From the NCBI GenBank assembly GCA_033442325.1, contig JAWQFM010000005.1, positions 673,327 to 737,326 on the forward strand: a DNA stretch of 64,000 nt, given 5' to 3'. A program made the position numbers and the translations under genes. Positions within the stretch are counted from its first letter, which is position 1. Each line of letters begins with the position of its first letter. Shown one piece after another: positions 19,715 through 35,791 of the stretch. The notes beneath the pieces were generated by a model, which saw only the letters and a list, made by a program, of their open reading frames with translations, was not told the DNA's origin and made no database searches. Origin of the DNA: Salpingoeca rosetta. Lineage: Eukaryota > Protista > Choanoflagellata.

Positions 19715-20108
19715 GTGTGTGTGTCTGCGTGTGTCTGCGTGTGTCTGTGTGTGTCTGTCTTGTCTGTCTGTCGGCGTGTCTGCATGTGTCTGTCTGCATG
19801 TGTGTATGTGTGTGTGTTTGCAACTGCTCAGTAGGGGAAACCAATGGGCCTCGCGTCTCTCCTCCCATTTGTTGCGATCAACTGCTTGCCTACACTTGTG
19901 CATCCAGGTTTTCCCCACCTCACACGCACACACACACATATTCAAACCACAGGGGCTGGCGTGCACGCTGTTGTTGCTGTCCATCTTCCGCAAGGCGCTG
20001 CCTGCGCTTCCGATTTCCATTGCCTTTGGCCTCGTGTTCTACTTTGCCACATCAGAGGTGCTTGATCCCCTCATCAACCAGCTCAACGACCGCCAAGTCT
20101 TCATCTGA
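15584..20108 (+). CDS. PSEN: Presenilin (gamma-secretase catalytic subunit)
   Basis: [59 protein letters not shown], catalytic AIYDLVAVL and [53 protein letters not shown]-terminal QVFI. All introns GT-AG. A probable 5'UTR intron lies at ~15183/15226-15547. Confidence 0.97.
16491..16632. repeat. Intronic 48-bp tandem repeat, ~3 copies
   Basis: Unit gtgtacatgtgagtgtttgtgattgtgtttgtgtttgtgcatgtgttt. Confidence 0.85.
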
Positions 20109-20144
20109 CCCCTTAACCATGTCTCCGTGTCTGTATTGTGTGTA

Positions 20145-20222
<78 letters not shown>

Positions 20223-20610
20223 CGTGTGTGCCTGTGTTGTGTGATTGATGCGCGTGTGTGTGCTGTGTGTGTCTTTGTGCCTGTGTGTGACTGTGTGATT
20301 GAGGTGATGTGACCTGACTTGACACAAGGTGGCGAGTGTCCTGTTGGTGTTGACACGCCTTCATATCACCCGCCACGCAGACTTGCCTTTCTCCTTTGTT
20401 CTTGCGCCTTCCCCTTTCCTTTGGAAGATATGCCGACTTCTCTAAAAATGACAAATCGCTGCATTTGAAGGCGCCCGCAAAGACAAGCAAGACAAGCAGC
20501 CGCAAAAGCACAAGAAGAAGCAAAGGCAGGAAGCAAAGCAGCTGAACCACCACCACCACCACCACCACCAGCAGCAGGAGGAGGAAGCAGTCGGGAGGGC
20601 TTCACCGAAC

Positions 20611-20736
20611 CACACGCGCACACACGCGCACACACGCGCACACACGCGCACACACGCGCACACACGCGCACACACGCGCACACACGCGCACACACGCGCA
20701 CACACGCGCACACACGCGCACACACGTGCACACACG
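20611..20736. repeat. 10-bp tandem repeat (CACACGCGCA)n, ~12 copies
   Basis: Near-perfect array directly upstream of the ATG at 20752. Confidence 0.95.
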
Positions 20737-20751
20737 GCCTGCGTGCTTGTG

Positions 20752-22750
20752 ATGGACGGCGCGTTCATCGAGTCTGGGCAAGAGACCTCAGACTTGCCAA
20801 CCACACCAATGGGCCACGAGTTTGCGGTGGGCAGCGGCGGCGCAGTAGTCGAGGACGACACCCTGGACGAAGACGACTTACCCCAGCCACACAGCCATCG
20901 CACGTCCATCAGCAACGCCCCTGTTGCTCGCAGGCCCAGTGGCGTTGGCGGCAACGTTCGCAGTGACGCACATCGGCGCACTTCGTCGAGCGTCGTGGGC
21001 GTGCCGTCTGTTGCAGATGGCGGGATCATTTCGCGACGAAGCATGCCGGCCGGCGTTGGCGGCGTTGGTGGCGTTGGCAACGCTGTAAGTGGCAGTGATG
21101 ACATCGGCGGTGGTGCAGATGCGCGCCTGCGGCGGGGTGGAAGGAGCGCACTTTCCCGGCGGCGTGACCGCGTCCCTGACAAAGGGAGACGCCGCCGCAG
21201 CAAACAAGCTGTTGGCAATGTCCAGCCACGCCGCAGCCCCATGACGCGGGCCAGCAGGCGGCGCGCCACCACCAGCACCTGGGTGTCAAGCCACGAGCAC
21301 GCGCATGAGGCTGACGATGAAGAGGAGGAAGAGGACTTTGGGTCCGGCGTCAGGGTGGTTGACGATGAGGACATGGGCGGCTTGGACGTGGACGAGGAGG
21401 AAGATGAGGACGACGAAGAAGAGGAGGAGGACGAAGAAGAAGACAAGGGGCGGATGTTTCGAAGAAGGCATCGCCTCACGCAGTCGCAGCTGCAGGAACT
21501 CGTAAGCGTGCACACACAGCTCGACTCGCTCTACGACCAGACACACCACCCTGGTCAGCAGTATGCGGACAACTATGCCTGCGGCACGCTGGACGTGCAC
21601 GACTTTGTGCTGCGCGATGAGAGCGACCCCGTGTTTGCGGCGAAGAAGCGCGCTGCGTACAAGCCGCCGCAGTTCCCGCCACCGCACGCGCGGCGCCGCG
21701 GCCGCCACCGCCGGCAGTATCTCCATCCCCAACGCCAGGACGGCGACCACGACGGGCGCATTTGGCGGGAACGCCAGCGCACAGACTCACACATGACAGA
21801 CCTGGCCATCAGCGGTTACAGCGTGGTCAGCAGCCATGCCGATGTGCTGCAGCACAGCGACGCGCCACAGTCGGATATGGACAAGCCCAGCGACGAAGTG
21901 GACGCGGTGCAGTTGCTGAGAACTGGTCGCGAGGCCCCCCTGCACCACCACGAAGACCATCAACAGCAACAGCAACAGCAGCAGCAACAGCCAGCGAGTG
22001 GCAGTGTGCCACAGGCTGTGTCGATGCAACGGAGTGATGGTGATGACGATTCTGTGGTGCGTCCAGGGGAGCAACAGCACAGTGACGTGGTTGACACAGG
22101 TGGTGAGCAAGCAATGAGAATACGGCAAGGCGAGGGCGATATTGATGTTGTTAATGGCGGTGATGGTGGTGATGGCAGTGGTGGTGGTGGTGGTGGTGAT
22201 GGCAGTGGTGGTGGTGGTGGTGGTGGGACTGGTGGTGTTGTTGTTGGGACTGGTGGTGTTGGTGATGGGACTGGTGGTGTTGTTGTTGGGACTGGTGGTG
22301 GCGGTGGCGGTCGTGATGGGGGTACTGGTGGGACTGACGACGGTGGTGCGAAAGGGGTGGTGGATGCGCGGCAGTTTGATCGTGACTACCGGAGCGACGC
22401 GGAGCCAGAGGGTGGGGTGGTTGCAGATGATAGTGGCAAGATGTACATCCAGCAGCATGTACCACCACAACAGCAACCACAACAGCAACCACAGCAGCAG
22501 CAGGAGGAGGAGGAACCCTTGCAGCAGCCACAACAACAGGCGTTTGGGGTGAGCGCACCACAGGACGCAGGTGCGTGGCAGGAGCCACAGAGCACTGGTG
22601 ACGGGGATGCCAACGGGAATGTTACCACTGTTGAACAACAACAACATGAGCTGTTGGCACCATACTCGGCAGAGACGATGGCAGCAAACCACCAGCAGCC
22701 CGGCCAGGTGGCGGGGACCAATGGTGTCGGTGTCGCACAGCAGCAGCAGC

Positions 22751-22823
<73 letters not shown>

Positions 22824-23094
22824 GGCATCACAGTTGGTTGAAGCTCCTACACCGCCCGAGGAGCGCGCCCTACCAATCGCGATGGCGCCCGCAGTTGAGA
22901 ATGGACATGGCCCTGTGGTGGTTGCCGATGTGCAGCAACCCACGCATGCAGACCAGCAGCCCATGCAAGCGGAACAGCATCAACACGATCACCATCATCA
23001 CCACCATCACCACAAACCTGAAGACCTCCATCAACAACAACAACAACAACAACACAACAACAACAACAACAACAACAGACAACAACAACAACAC

Positions 23095-23131
<37 letters not shown>

Positions 23132-23362
23132 CGACAACAACAACAACAACAACAACAGCTACAAGAACTACCACATCCATCGGCGACGAAGTAGCAAGAC
23201 GTGGCTTCGGACGACAACATCGTCTACGTGTGGTTGCTACAAGACCCCTCCTCCTTGGCCTGCGTTTCGGGGACCTTTTCAACATATACACGCTCGACCG
23301 CCCCGCACATCTTAAATTCTCTCCGGCCCCCTACCCTCTACCTTTCCTTCTTTCTGCTTTTT
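20752..23362 (+). CDS. Hypothetical long single-exon low-complexity protein (R-, D/E-, G- and Q-rich); 3' end unresolved at a gap
   Basis: Open frame over 2.3 kb with exon-like composition. It degrades into (CAA)n/(CA)n near 23030-23160 and runs into the N gap. No domain recognised. Confidence 0.6.
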
Positions 23363-23741
23363 NNNNNNNNNNNNNNNNNNNNNNNNNNNNNNNNNNNNNN
23401 NNNNNNNNNNNNNNNNNNNNNNNNNNNNNNNNNNNNNNNNNNNNNNNNNNNNNNNNNNNNNNNNNNNNNNNNNNNNNNNNNNNNNNNNNNNNNNNNNNNN
23501 NNNNNNNNNNNNNNNNNNNNNNNNNNNNNNNNNNNNNNNNNNNNNNNNNNNNNNNNNNNNNNNNNNNNNNNNNNNNNNNNNNNNNNNNNNNNNNNNNNNN
23601 NNNNNNNNNNNNNNNNNNNNNNNNNNNNNNNNNNNNNNNNNNNNNNNNNNNNNNNNNNNNNNNNNNNNNNNNNNNNNNNNNNNNNNNNNNNNNNNNNNNN
23701 NNNNNNNNNNNNNNNNNNNNNNNNNNNNNNNNNNNNNNNNN
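23363..23741. other. Assembly gap
   Basis: Run of N. Confidence 1.
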
Positions 23742-23955
23742 CCTCTTCACAAGGCGTTGGGAGTGGAACCGTCGCATGATCAAGGTTGGAATGGTACTAT
23801 CGTTGTCAAGGATTTTTGCTTTTTTCGCTCGTTTGGATAGTGGCCAAACAATGCCGCCCCCCCCCCCCTACCTTCTCAACTGGACTTTGCTTTCGCCATT
23901 TGATTGTGCGTGTGTGTGTGCGTCGAGCTGTGTGTGTGTGTGTGTGTGTGTGTGA

Positions 23956-24010
<55 letters not shown>

Positions 24011-24176
24011 GCTTGTGTCGCTGTTTCATAACCTTACCTTGGACATGGCTGGTTCTGCTTCATTTTTGAATTCACGCTTGGACAGAAAGACACACAAGCA
24101 TGCAAGCATGCCGCACAAGAACGCGGCCACAGAAGCACATGCAAAGCACGCCCACGAACGGCAAATCACATCAGCA

Positions 24177-27363
<3,187 letters not shown>

Positions 27364-27678
27364 TTTGCTGTTTTGTTGTTTGTTGTGTGTGGACGATGGA
27401 TTTGTGGTTTGATTGATTTGATTGACAGAAGTCTGCGTCGGCCACACAGCTGCTTTGTATTGTTGCGCTTCATGTACGACTGCTGGGCAATGGTGGTGGG
27501 CAATGGTCGTCCCGACCTCGCTTCCGACACACTGCGTACATGCGTGTACATGCGCACACATGCGTCAAGCACACACCCTCGTTCCCTCGCAATGGCAACA
27601 ACGACAACCAGCAACTCAGGCAACAAGCACCAAAGCAACAACCACGGCAACAACCAAGACAACCGCCACGCTCAGGGC

Positions 27679-28279
27679 TCATGAGAAGCGGATCCACCCT
27701 GCGCGGTGGGCGGTGAACGTGGCAGCAGCGAGGGCGAGGAAGGCGATGGTGTTGTGCAGGACTTTGCGGGCGCTGTCGTCGCGCCTGACAAGGACGGTTG
27801 CCTCTGCGCCTGGTGCAAGGAACTGGCAGACAATGGGCGGGCTGCTGCGGTCCTTGTGGACCTGGTATTTGCAGAGGAAGTCACGCTGCCAGTCGAGGTC
27901 GTATGCGAGGGCGCACGTGACGCTGAGCCCCAGGAGGCCCAGTGCCGGTATTCTCAGTCGATTTGCGCTTGTGCCAATGAGTCCGCCCAAGCCAGCTAGC
28001 ACCGCGGTTTTGTGAAACGTGTTTCCCAACGCAATGGCCCTGCGGTGTTGCGTCCGCATCAAAGCGGTGGAAACGAGAGAGTGTGTGTGTGGGGGGGGGG
28101 TCAGTGCAGCGTATGAGCGTGTATGTGTGAGTGAGTGAGAGTGTATGTGTATGTGTATGTGAGTGTGGGGGGTGAGTGTGTGAGTGGTGAGCAAACAACA
28201 ACAACTTAAACAACAACAACTTAAACAACAACAACAATTTATGTTAACAACAACAACAACAACAACAACAACTTATGTT

Positions 28280-28365
<86 letters not shown>

Positions 28366-28484
28366 CTTAAACAACAACTTAAACAACAACTTAAACACAA
28401 CTTCAACAACAAAACAACTTCAACAACATATTAAACAACAACAACAACAACTTAAACAACTTAAACAACACCAACAACTCATGT

Positions 28485-28527
<43 letters not shown>

Positions 28528-29083
28528 CTTAAACAACACCACCACCACCAACAACAACAACAACAACAACTTCAACAACAACTTAAACAACAACTTAAAC
28601 AACAACTTAAACAACAAATCAACTTCAACAACAACTTAAACAACAACTCAAACAACAACTTAAACAACAACAACAACAACAACTCAAACAACCACTTAAA
28701 CAACAACAACTTAAACAACTCAAACAACAACAACAATACACAAACACAAACGCAAACACACGCACGCACCTCTGAGCAACGCCTGCTGTGCCAAAGTCCG
28801 TGATTGCAATTTCGTCTGCGGCTTGGAGCGCAGCCTGTGTGAGGGATGTGCGCTGTGCAACTGCCAGCAGCAAGCGCCGTGACGCCGTTGCGTCCTCGCC
28901 CTTGCCGCCAGTCGTTGATCTGTTCTTCTTCTTCTTCTCCTCCAACCACGAAGTCATCCACTGTGCCTCCTCAAAATCCTCCTCCTTGTCGTCAAACCGG
29001 TCCACCACAGCAACGCGATACAGCTCCTCCTCCTCCTCCTCCTTCCCTTGGCTGTGCCCCTCCTCCCTCTGGCTTTGCCCCAT
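27679..29083 (-). CDS. TMEM11: TMEM11/PMI-like mitochondrial membrane protein, 2 exons (29083-28770, 28039-27679)
   Basis: Joined reading VAQR|AIALGNTFHKTAVLAG..LDWQRDFLCKYQV..VLVRRDDSARKVLHNTIA matches TMEM11 motifs GNCLHKTAVLAG, WQFDPCCKYQV and VVLVRKDDLHRKRLHNTIA. The GT-AG intron phase fits. Confidence 0.88.
28192..28737. repeat. (CAA)n / CAACAACTTAAA satellite inside the TMEM11 intron
   Basis: ~550 bp almost devoid of G on the + strand, with CAA runs punctuated by CTTAAA/CTCAAA. Confidence 0.95.
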
Positions 29084-29118
29084 GGTGTGCGCTTGTGTGC
29101 TTGTGTGTGTGTGTGTGC

Positions 29119-29201
<83 letters not shown>

Positions 29202-29806
29202 TGCGTCTTGTCTTGCTCGTCGTTGCAAACCCCCGAAAACGAAATTGGCGGACCGCTCACAACACCACATTGTGTAGCAATTTCTGTAGTTGCAGCAATC
29301 TACAGCACATTGAGTAGTTCACATCATCTGTGGTCTTCGTTTTTTGTGCAGTCCACCATCCACGTTGCGCACACGCCATCCACTCTCATCTCGCACAATC
29401 GAAGAAACTCACCTTGCTTCTTCTTGCTTGGTGCAGGAGAAACACCCACCCACACACACACACACACACGTACTGGCTGGTAGCTGGAAAGGTAGGTAGA
29501 TCGATACAAAGAAGCAAGAAGGCAAGAAGGCAAAGGAAAGGCAAACAAGCAGCAGCTCTCTTGTCCAACCAACACAGGTGTGCGCATGTGTATTTCTTCT
29601 GTCCACCATCCATTTTGGCTTCTGCTTTCCTTTTTCTTCTCTCTTGTTCTTCTTCTTGTTCTTCTTCTTGGCTCTTGTTCTTGTTGTTCTGGGCGTGAGT
29701 TCATTTTCCCTTCGCGACATCGGCCACTGCTCACCCCCCAGCGCGACCACAACCAACCAACGACCGCGACAAACAACAACTGCAACTCCAGATACAACCC
29801 GCAAAG

Positions 29807-30386
29807 ATGGCGGCGAAGCATGTGGAGGAGACAACGGCGGCCCTGCGCGCCTTGTTGGAGGAGCGCATCATGTTCTTTGATGGCGGCATGGGCACCATGA
29901 TCCAACAGCTTTCGCTGCAGGAGAAAGACTTCCGAGGTTAGTTTGCGTCTTTCTTTTTGTTGTTATCCCTTTTCTTCCTTTTTCTTCCTCCAAACACCAC
30001 AGCCACCTAGCCAAAGACGCCACCAGCTCCCAGCTCCCAGCACCAGCACCAGCACCAGCAGCAAGCAATACCAGGCCCAAGGTGCACGCTCCGAGGACGC
30101 GTTGTTGCATCGACAAAAGGAGGACGCGCCTCTCGCCCGCTTCCGCTTCCGCTGCACTGCACACACACACACACCCTTACCCTCCCTTCCCTTACCCTCC
30201 TTTCACATGCCAACCGCGTGTTGTGTTGTCCCTGCTCCTCGATCCTGATGATGATGACCCTGATGATGAATGGTGGTGACCCTGATGATGACGATGCTCA
30301 TGCTGCTGCTGATGATTTTGATGCTGCTGACCATCGTGGTCACGATGATTCAATTGTGACCTGCTGCTGATGATGAACCTTTCTCC

Positions 30387-30449
<63 letters not shown>

Positions 30450-32102
30450 CCCAAACACACGCTGTGCCCTGTCTATTGCGTAGGCGAGCTCTTCAAGGAG
30501 CACCCCAAAGCGTTGCAAGGAAACAACGACTTGCTCGTGCTGACCCAGCCGGAGGCCATTGTCAACATCCATAAGCAGTTTCTGCTTGCTGGCGCGGACT
30601 TTGTGGAGACCAACACCTTCAGCTCCACGCGCATCGCCCAGGCCGACTACGCCACGGAGGATCACGTGTACAAGCTCAACGTGGAGGCGGCCAAGCTCGC
30701 CAAGCGCGCCTGCGAGGAGGTGGAGGCGCAGGGCCACGGCCGCAAGTTTGTTGCCGGGTCGCTCGGCCCCACCAACCGCACGCTGTCCATCTCACCCTCT
30801 GTCGAGCAGCCGGAGCTGCGCAACGTCAAGTTTGACGAGCTGGTGGAGGCGTATGCCGAGCAAGCACGCGGGCTCATGGACGGCGGCGTGGACGTCCTCC
30901 TCGTCGAGACCATCTTCGACACGGCAAACGCAAAGGTTCGAAGTGGAGGCGGAATAACGTTGTTTTTGCGCGTGTGCGTGTGCGTGCTTGTGCATGTACG
31001 CATGTGTATGCGCACGCGTATGTGTGTGTGCGTGCGTACCTTGGTTTTTTTTTTGAGTCCCTTCTCACACCCTCACGCGCACCTTCCCTATGCACCTTTC
31101 CCATCTTTTTCGCCCGCCTGCAGGCTGCGTTGTTTGCTGTGGAGAAGCTGTTTGAGGACGAGCCCGAGAAGTACCCGCGGCGGCCCATCTTCATCTCCGG
31201 CACCATCACAGACCGCTCTGGCCGCACACTCTCTGGCCAGACGGCCGAGGCGTTCTCCATCAGCGTCAGCCATGGCCGCCCAATGGCCCTCGGCCTCAAC
31301 TGCGCTCTCGGCGCAACCGACATGCGCCCTTACCTCGAGGAAATTGCAAAGACCACAGGTGTGTGTGTGTATGCCTGTGCCTGTGCATGTTTATGTGTGT
31401 GTGTGTGTGTCTTTGCCTTTGTTGCTCAGCAGTCGTGTTGCTCGCACTCTGCAGTTGCGTTATCTGCGCTGAGTTTTTTTTCTTTGTGCATCGTGCGTGT
31501 GGGCAACCTGTGTCGTTTGCCAACACCTCTTGCCTCCACCTTCCTCACCTCCCAACTCCTCACCACGCTTCCTTGTGCACAGACGCGTACATCATTTGCT
31601 ACCCGAACGCTGGTCTTCCCAACGCCATGGGCGGATATGACGAGACACCCGACATCACAGGCTCGCACCTCGCAGACTTTGCTCGCAGTGGCCTCGTCAA
31701 CATTGTCGGTGCGTCCATGCACGCCAATTCGACTCGATTTTATCAACTCCCCCAGCGCCAGTGCCATGCTACGTTGCCATGCATTCATTGCACATGGTCC
31801 CTCAACACGCCACTCTCTCTCTGTCTCTCTTTGTCTTGCCTGCCGCGCTCTTCCTCAATTGACTGATACACTTACTGACCAACCAAACTGACACACACAC
31901 ACACCCTTCTCTTTCTCACCGCAGGCGGTTGCTGCGGAACAACGCCAGCCCACATTGCGGCCATTGTCAAAATGTGCTCCTCGTTCCCTCCGCGACAGCG
32001 CCCTCCCGTACGTTGCACACCACACCACACACACGCACACGCACGCACGCACGCACACTGTTAATCGACCCCCCAAACTCACTCTCTCGCCCCCCCCCCG
32101 CC

Positions 32103-32133
<31 letters not shown>

Positions 32134-33220
32134 TCACTCACTCACTCACTCACCGCCCCATTTCTCCCTCCCCCCCCCCGGCAACACAAACGACAGAAGC
32201 CGTTTGCAGACCACATGCTGCTGTCTGGGCTGGAGCCGGCGCGCATCGGGCCCGACACCAACTTTGTCAACATTGGGGAGCGGTGCAACGTCGCTGGCTC
32301 GCGGCGGTTCTGCCGCCTCATCAAGACGGACGAGTACGACGAGGCGCTGGCCGTGGCCAAGCTGCAGGTGGAGAATGGCGCGCAGATCCTGGACATCAAC
32401 ATGGACGATGGTCTGCTGGACGGCGTCAAGGCTATGACCAAGTTCTGCAACCTGATTGCGTCCGAGCCGGACATTGCCAAGGTGCCGCTGTGCATCGACT
32501 CGAGCGACTTTGCCGTGGTGGAGGCCGGGCTCAAGTGCACGCAGGGCAAGTGCATTGTCAACAGCATCTCGCTCAAGAGCGGGGAGGAGGAGTTTATCAA
32601 GGTTGCGCGCACCATCCGCCGCTACGGCGCTGCGGTGGTGGTGATGGCCTTTGACGAGAAGGGCCAGGCCGCCGACCTGGAGGGAAAGATCCGCATCTGC
32701 ACGCGCTCGTACAAGATCCTGGTGGAGAAGGTTGGCTTCAACCCCAACGACATCATCTTCGACCCCAACATCCTCACCATTGGCACGGGCATTGAGGAGC
32801 ACAACGAGTATGCAATAAACTTTATCAACTGCATCCGCCCCATCAAGGAGCAGTGCCCCGGCTGCCACATCTCGGGCGGCGTGTCCAACCTCAGCTTCTC
32901 CTTCCGCGGCATGAACGTCGTGCGCGAGGCCATGCACTCGGTCTTCCTCTACCACGCCATCCAGAAGGGGATGGACTTTGGCATTGTCAACGCCGGCGCC
33001 ATGCCCATCTACTCGGAGATTGACCCAAAGCTCGTTGAGCTGTGCGAGAACATCATCTGGAACAAGCACCCCAACGCCACGGAGGAGCTCCTCACATATG
33101 CCCAGGAGCACGGCAAGGAGGCAAAGACAAAGAAGCAGGACGACTCGTGGTGCGTTGGCTTTGATCGTGCGCACATGGTGGCGCTTGCAATCTTGTTTGT
33201 CGCTGTTTAAGAAGTAGTTT

Positions 33221-33296
<76 letters not shown>

Positions 33297-35715
33297 CGCT
33301 CATTGCATTTGCGTGCGCGGGTGCTTGTATTGCTGCTTGTGTCGTTTTCAAAGACGCGTGCTTTGTTGCAATGCGTGCTGTGTTGCACTGTGTGCTGTAC
33401 TGCGTTGCGACTCCACCTCGCCTCCGCCACGCGCCGTATTACCCTTTTGTACCACTTCTCCACTCACCACACACACACGCGCGCGCACATTCACACACAC
33501 ACACACATTCACATACGCACACACGTTGATGCATGACATACACAGGCGCGATGCCCCCGTTGAGAAGCGGCTGGAGCATGCGCTGATCAAGGGCATTGAC
33601 AAGTTTGTGGTTGCGGACACGGAGGAGGCACGGCAGAACACGGCGCTGTACCCGAAGCCGCTCAACGTCATTGAGGGCCCGCTCATGGCCGGCATGAGCA
33701 TTGTCGGCGATCTGTTTGGCGCTGGAAAGATGTTCCTGCCGCAGGTGATCAAAAGCGCGCGCGTGATGAAGAAGGCGGTGGCGCACCTGATTCCGTTTAT
33801 GGAGGAGGAGCGCGAGGCATCGCTGCGGGCGCAGGGCATTGACCCGGAGGTGGCCGACGAGAGTGACATGTACAACGGCACCGTCGTCATTGCAACCGTC
33901 AAGGGCGACGTGCACGACATTGGCAAGAACATTGTTGCCGTCGTGCTGGGCTGCAACAACTTCAAGGTGGTTGATCTCGGTGTCATGGTCCCCGCCAACA
34001 AGATCCTGGAGGCCGTGGACAAGCACAAGGCGGACATTGTCGGCCTCTCTGGCCTCATCACCCCCTCGCTGGATGAGATGGTGTTTGTGGCCAAGGAGCT
34101 TGAGCGGACCGGCCACAAGCTGCCGCTGCTCATTGGTGGCGCCACCACCTCCAAGATGCACACCGCCGTGAAGATTGCGCCCAAGTACTCGTCGCCAACA
34201 GTTCACGTGCTCGATGCCTCTCGCAGCGTCGTCACCGTCTCCGCCCTCCTCGACCAGGTACACACATCTCTACTGGCGCGCCTTCATGTCCCTTTGCACC
34301 TGTCTATGTGTGTTTTGTGTCTTTGTGTGTATTTTGTGTGTGCGTGTGGCTTTGTCTCCGTACGCGCGTGTGCGTGTGCGTGTGCATGTGCGCCTGTTGT
34401 CATGTGAAACTCCTCTTCATGCCCATCGCCCAATTATGCTCGCTCACCCACACGCACATCGCGCATCACACATGGCAGGGGAACCGGGAGGACTTTGTTG
34501 AGGACATTGCTGAGGAGTATGAGGAAATTCGCGAGGAGTACCTCGAGTCGCTCACCGACCGCGTCTACCTCTCCCTCGACGCAGCCCGCAAGCAGCGGTT
34601 CGCCATTGACTTTAACAAGAAGCCGCCCGTCAAGCCTGCCATGACTGGCGTCAAGGTGCGTTACCGTCCTGTCACTGGGTTGTTTGTTTGTTTGTTTGTT
34701 TGTTTGTTTGTTTGATTGTTCCCTTGTTTGTTCCTTTGTTTGTTTGTTCGTTCGTTCGTTCGTACGTCTGCCACTATTGCTCCTCCTCCTCCTCCTCCTC
34801 CTCCTCCTCCTCCTCCTCCTCCTCCTCCTCCTCCTCCTCCTCCTCCTCCTCCTCCTCTAGCGTTTGCCACACCCCCACGCACTGCTGCTGCTCTCCTCTG
34901 ACACCAATCCTCCGTTGCCCGCTTGTACAGGTCATCGAGAGCCTTGATCTTGAGCGCTGCATCAAGTACATTGACTGGAAGCCCTTCTTCGAAGTCTGGC
35001 AGCTGCGAGGTGAGCCTGCACACCTGCAAGCGTTGCCTTTGCACTCGTCGACCACTCCTGACCTGTGTACATGCGCTTGCTCAACAGTTGCCACAACATA
35101 ATCGTCCAACACACTGGCTCCTCGCTCGCTTCTCACTCATTTCATGGCCATCCCCATAAACCCCTTCCCCCTCCCCCCCCCACCACACACACGCGCGCGC
35201 TTCTTTGCATTCCTCGTTGCCTTTTCCCTCTGCCAGGCCGCTACCCCAACCGCTCTTACCCCAAGATCTTTGACGACGAAGCTGTGGGTTCAGAGGCAAA
35301 GAAGGTCTTTGATGACGCACAGGCCCTGCTCAAGCGAATCGTTTCCGAGAAGCTCCTTCGTGGCAAGGTGCCGTCTTGTTGTATGTTTGTGACTGGGATC
35401 ATTTCCGTGTGTCTGACTATGTGTGTGTGTGTGTCTGTCTGTCTGTCTGTTTGCATGTGTGTGTGTTTGCATGTGTGTGTCTACCTTTCCTTGCCGCCGT
35501 GGGTCCTCTTTCTTCTCTCACGTGGCTTTGATTGGGGTCCTCACGCTTGCGTGTCAACAGGGAGTGTTTGGCATTTTCCCTGCCAACACCGTCGGCGACG
35601 ACATTGAGATTTACGAGGACGAATCCCGAACCACCGTCAAGGAAACGTGAGCTCACACTTGGGTTGTTGGCTCTTTGTCTGTGACTTCCTTGCCCGCACA
35701 CGCACACACACACAC

Positions 35716-35791
<76 letters not shown>

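Noticed and set aside
28184-28639. Asn/Gln-rich ORF that looks prion-like
   Set aside because: It is the translation of the CAA satellite antisense to the TMEM11 intron, with no ATG or other coding evidence.
30240-30380. Multiple TGATGA and CTGA (C/D box-like) motifs in MTR intron 1
   Set aside because: They are explained by degenerate (GAT)n/(GCT)n repeats; no terminal stem or recognisable rRNA guide was seen.
32146-34263. Long antisense ORFs over MTR exons (similar ones over actinin and the 40-42 kb exon)
   Set aside because: Expected shadow of GC3-rich codon usage; no independent motifs.
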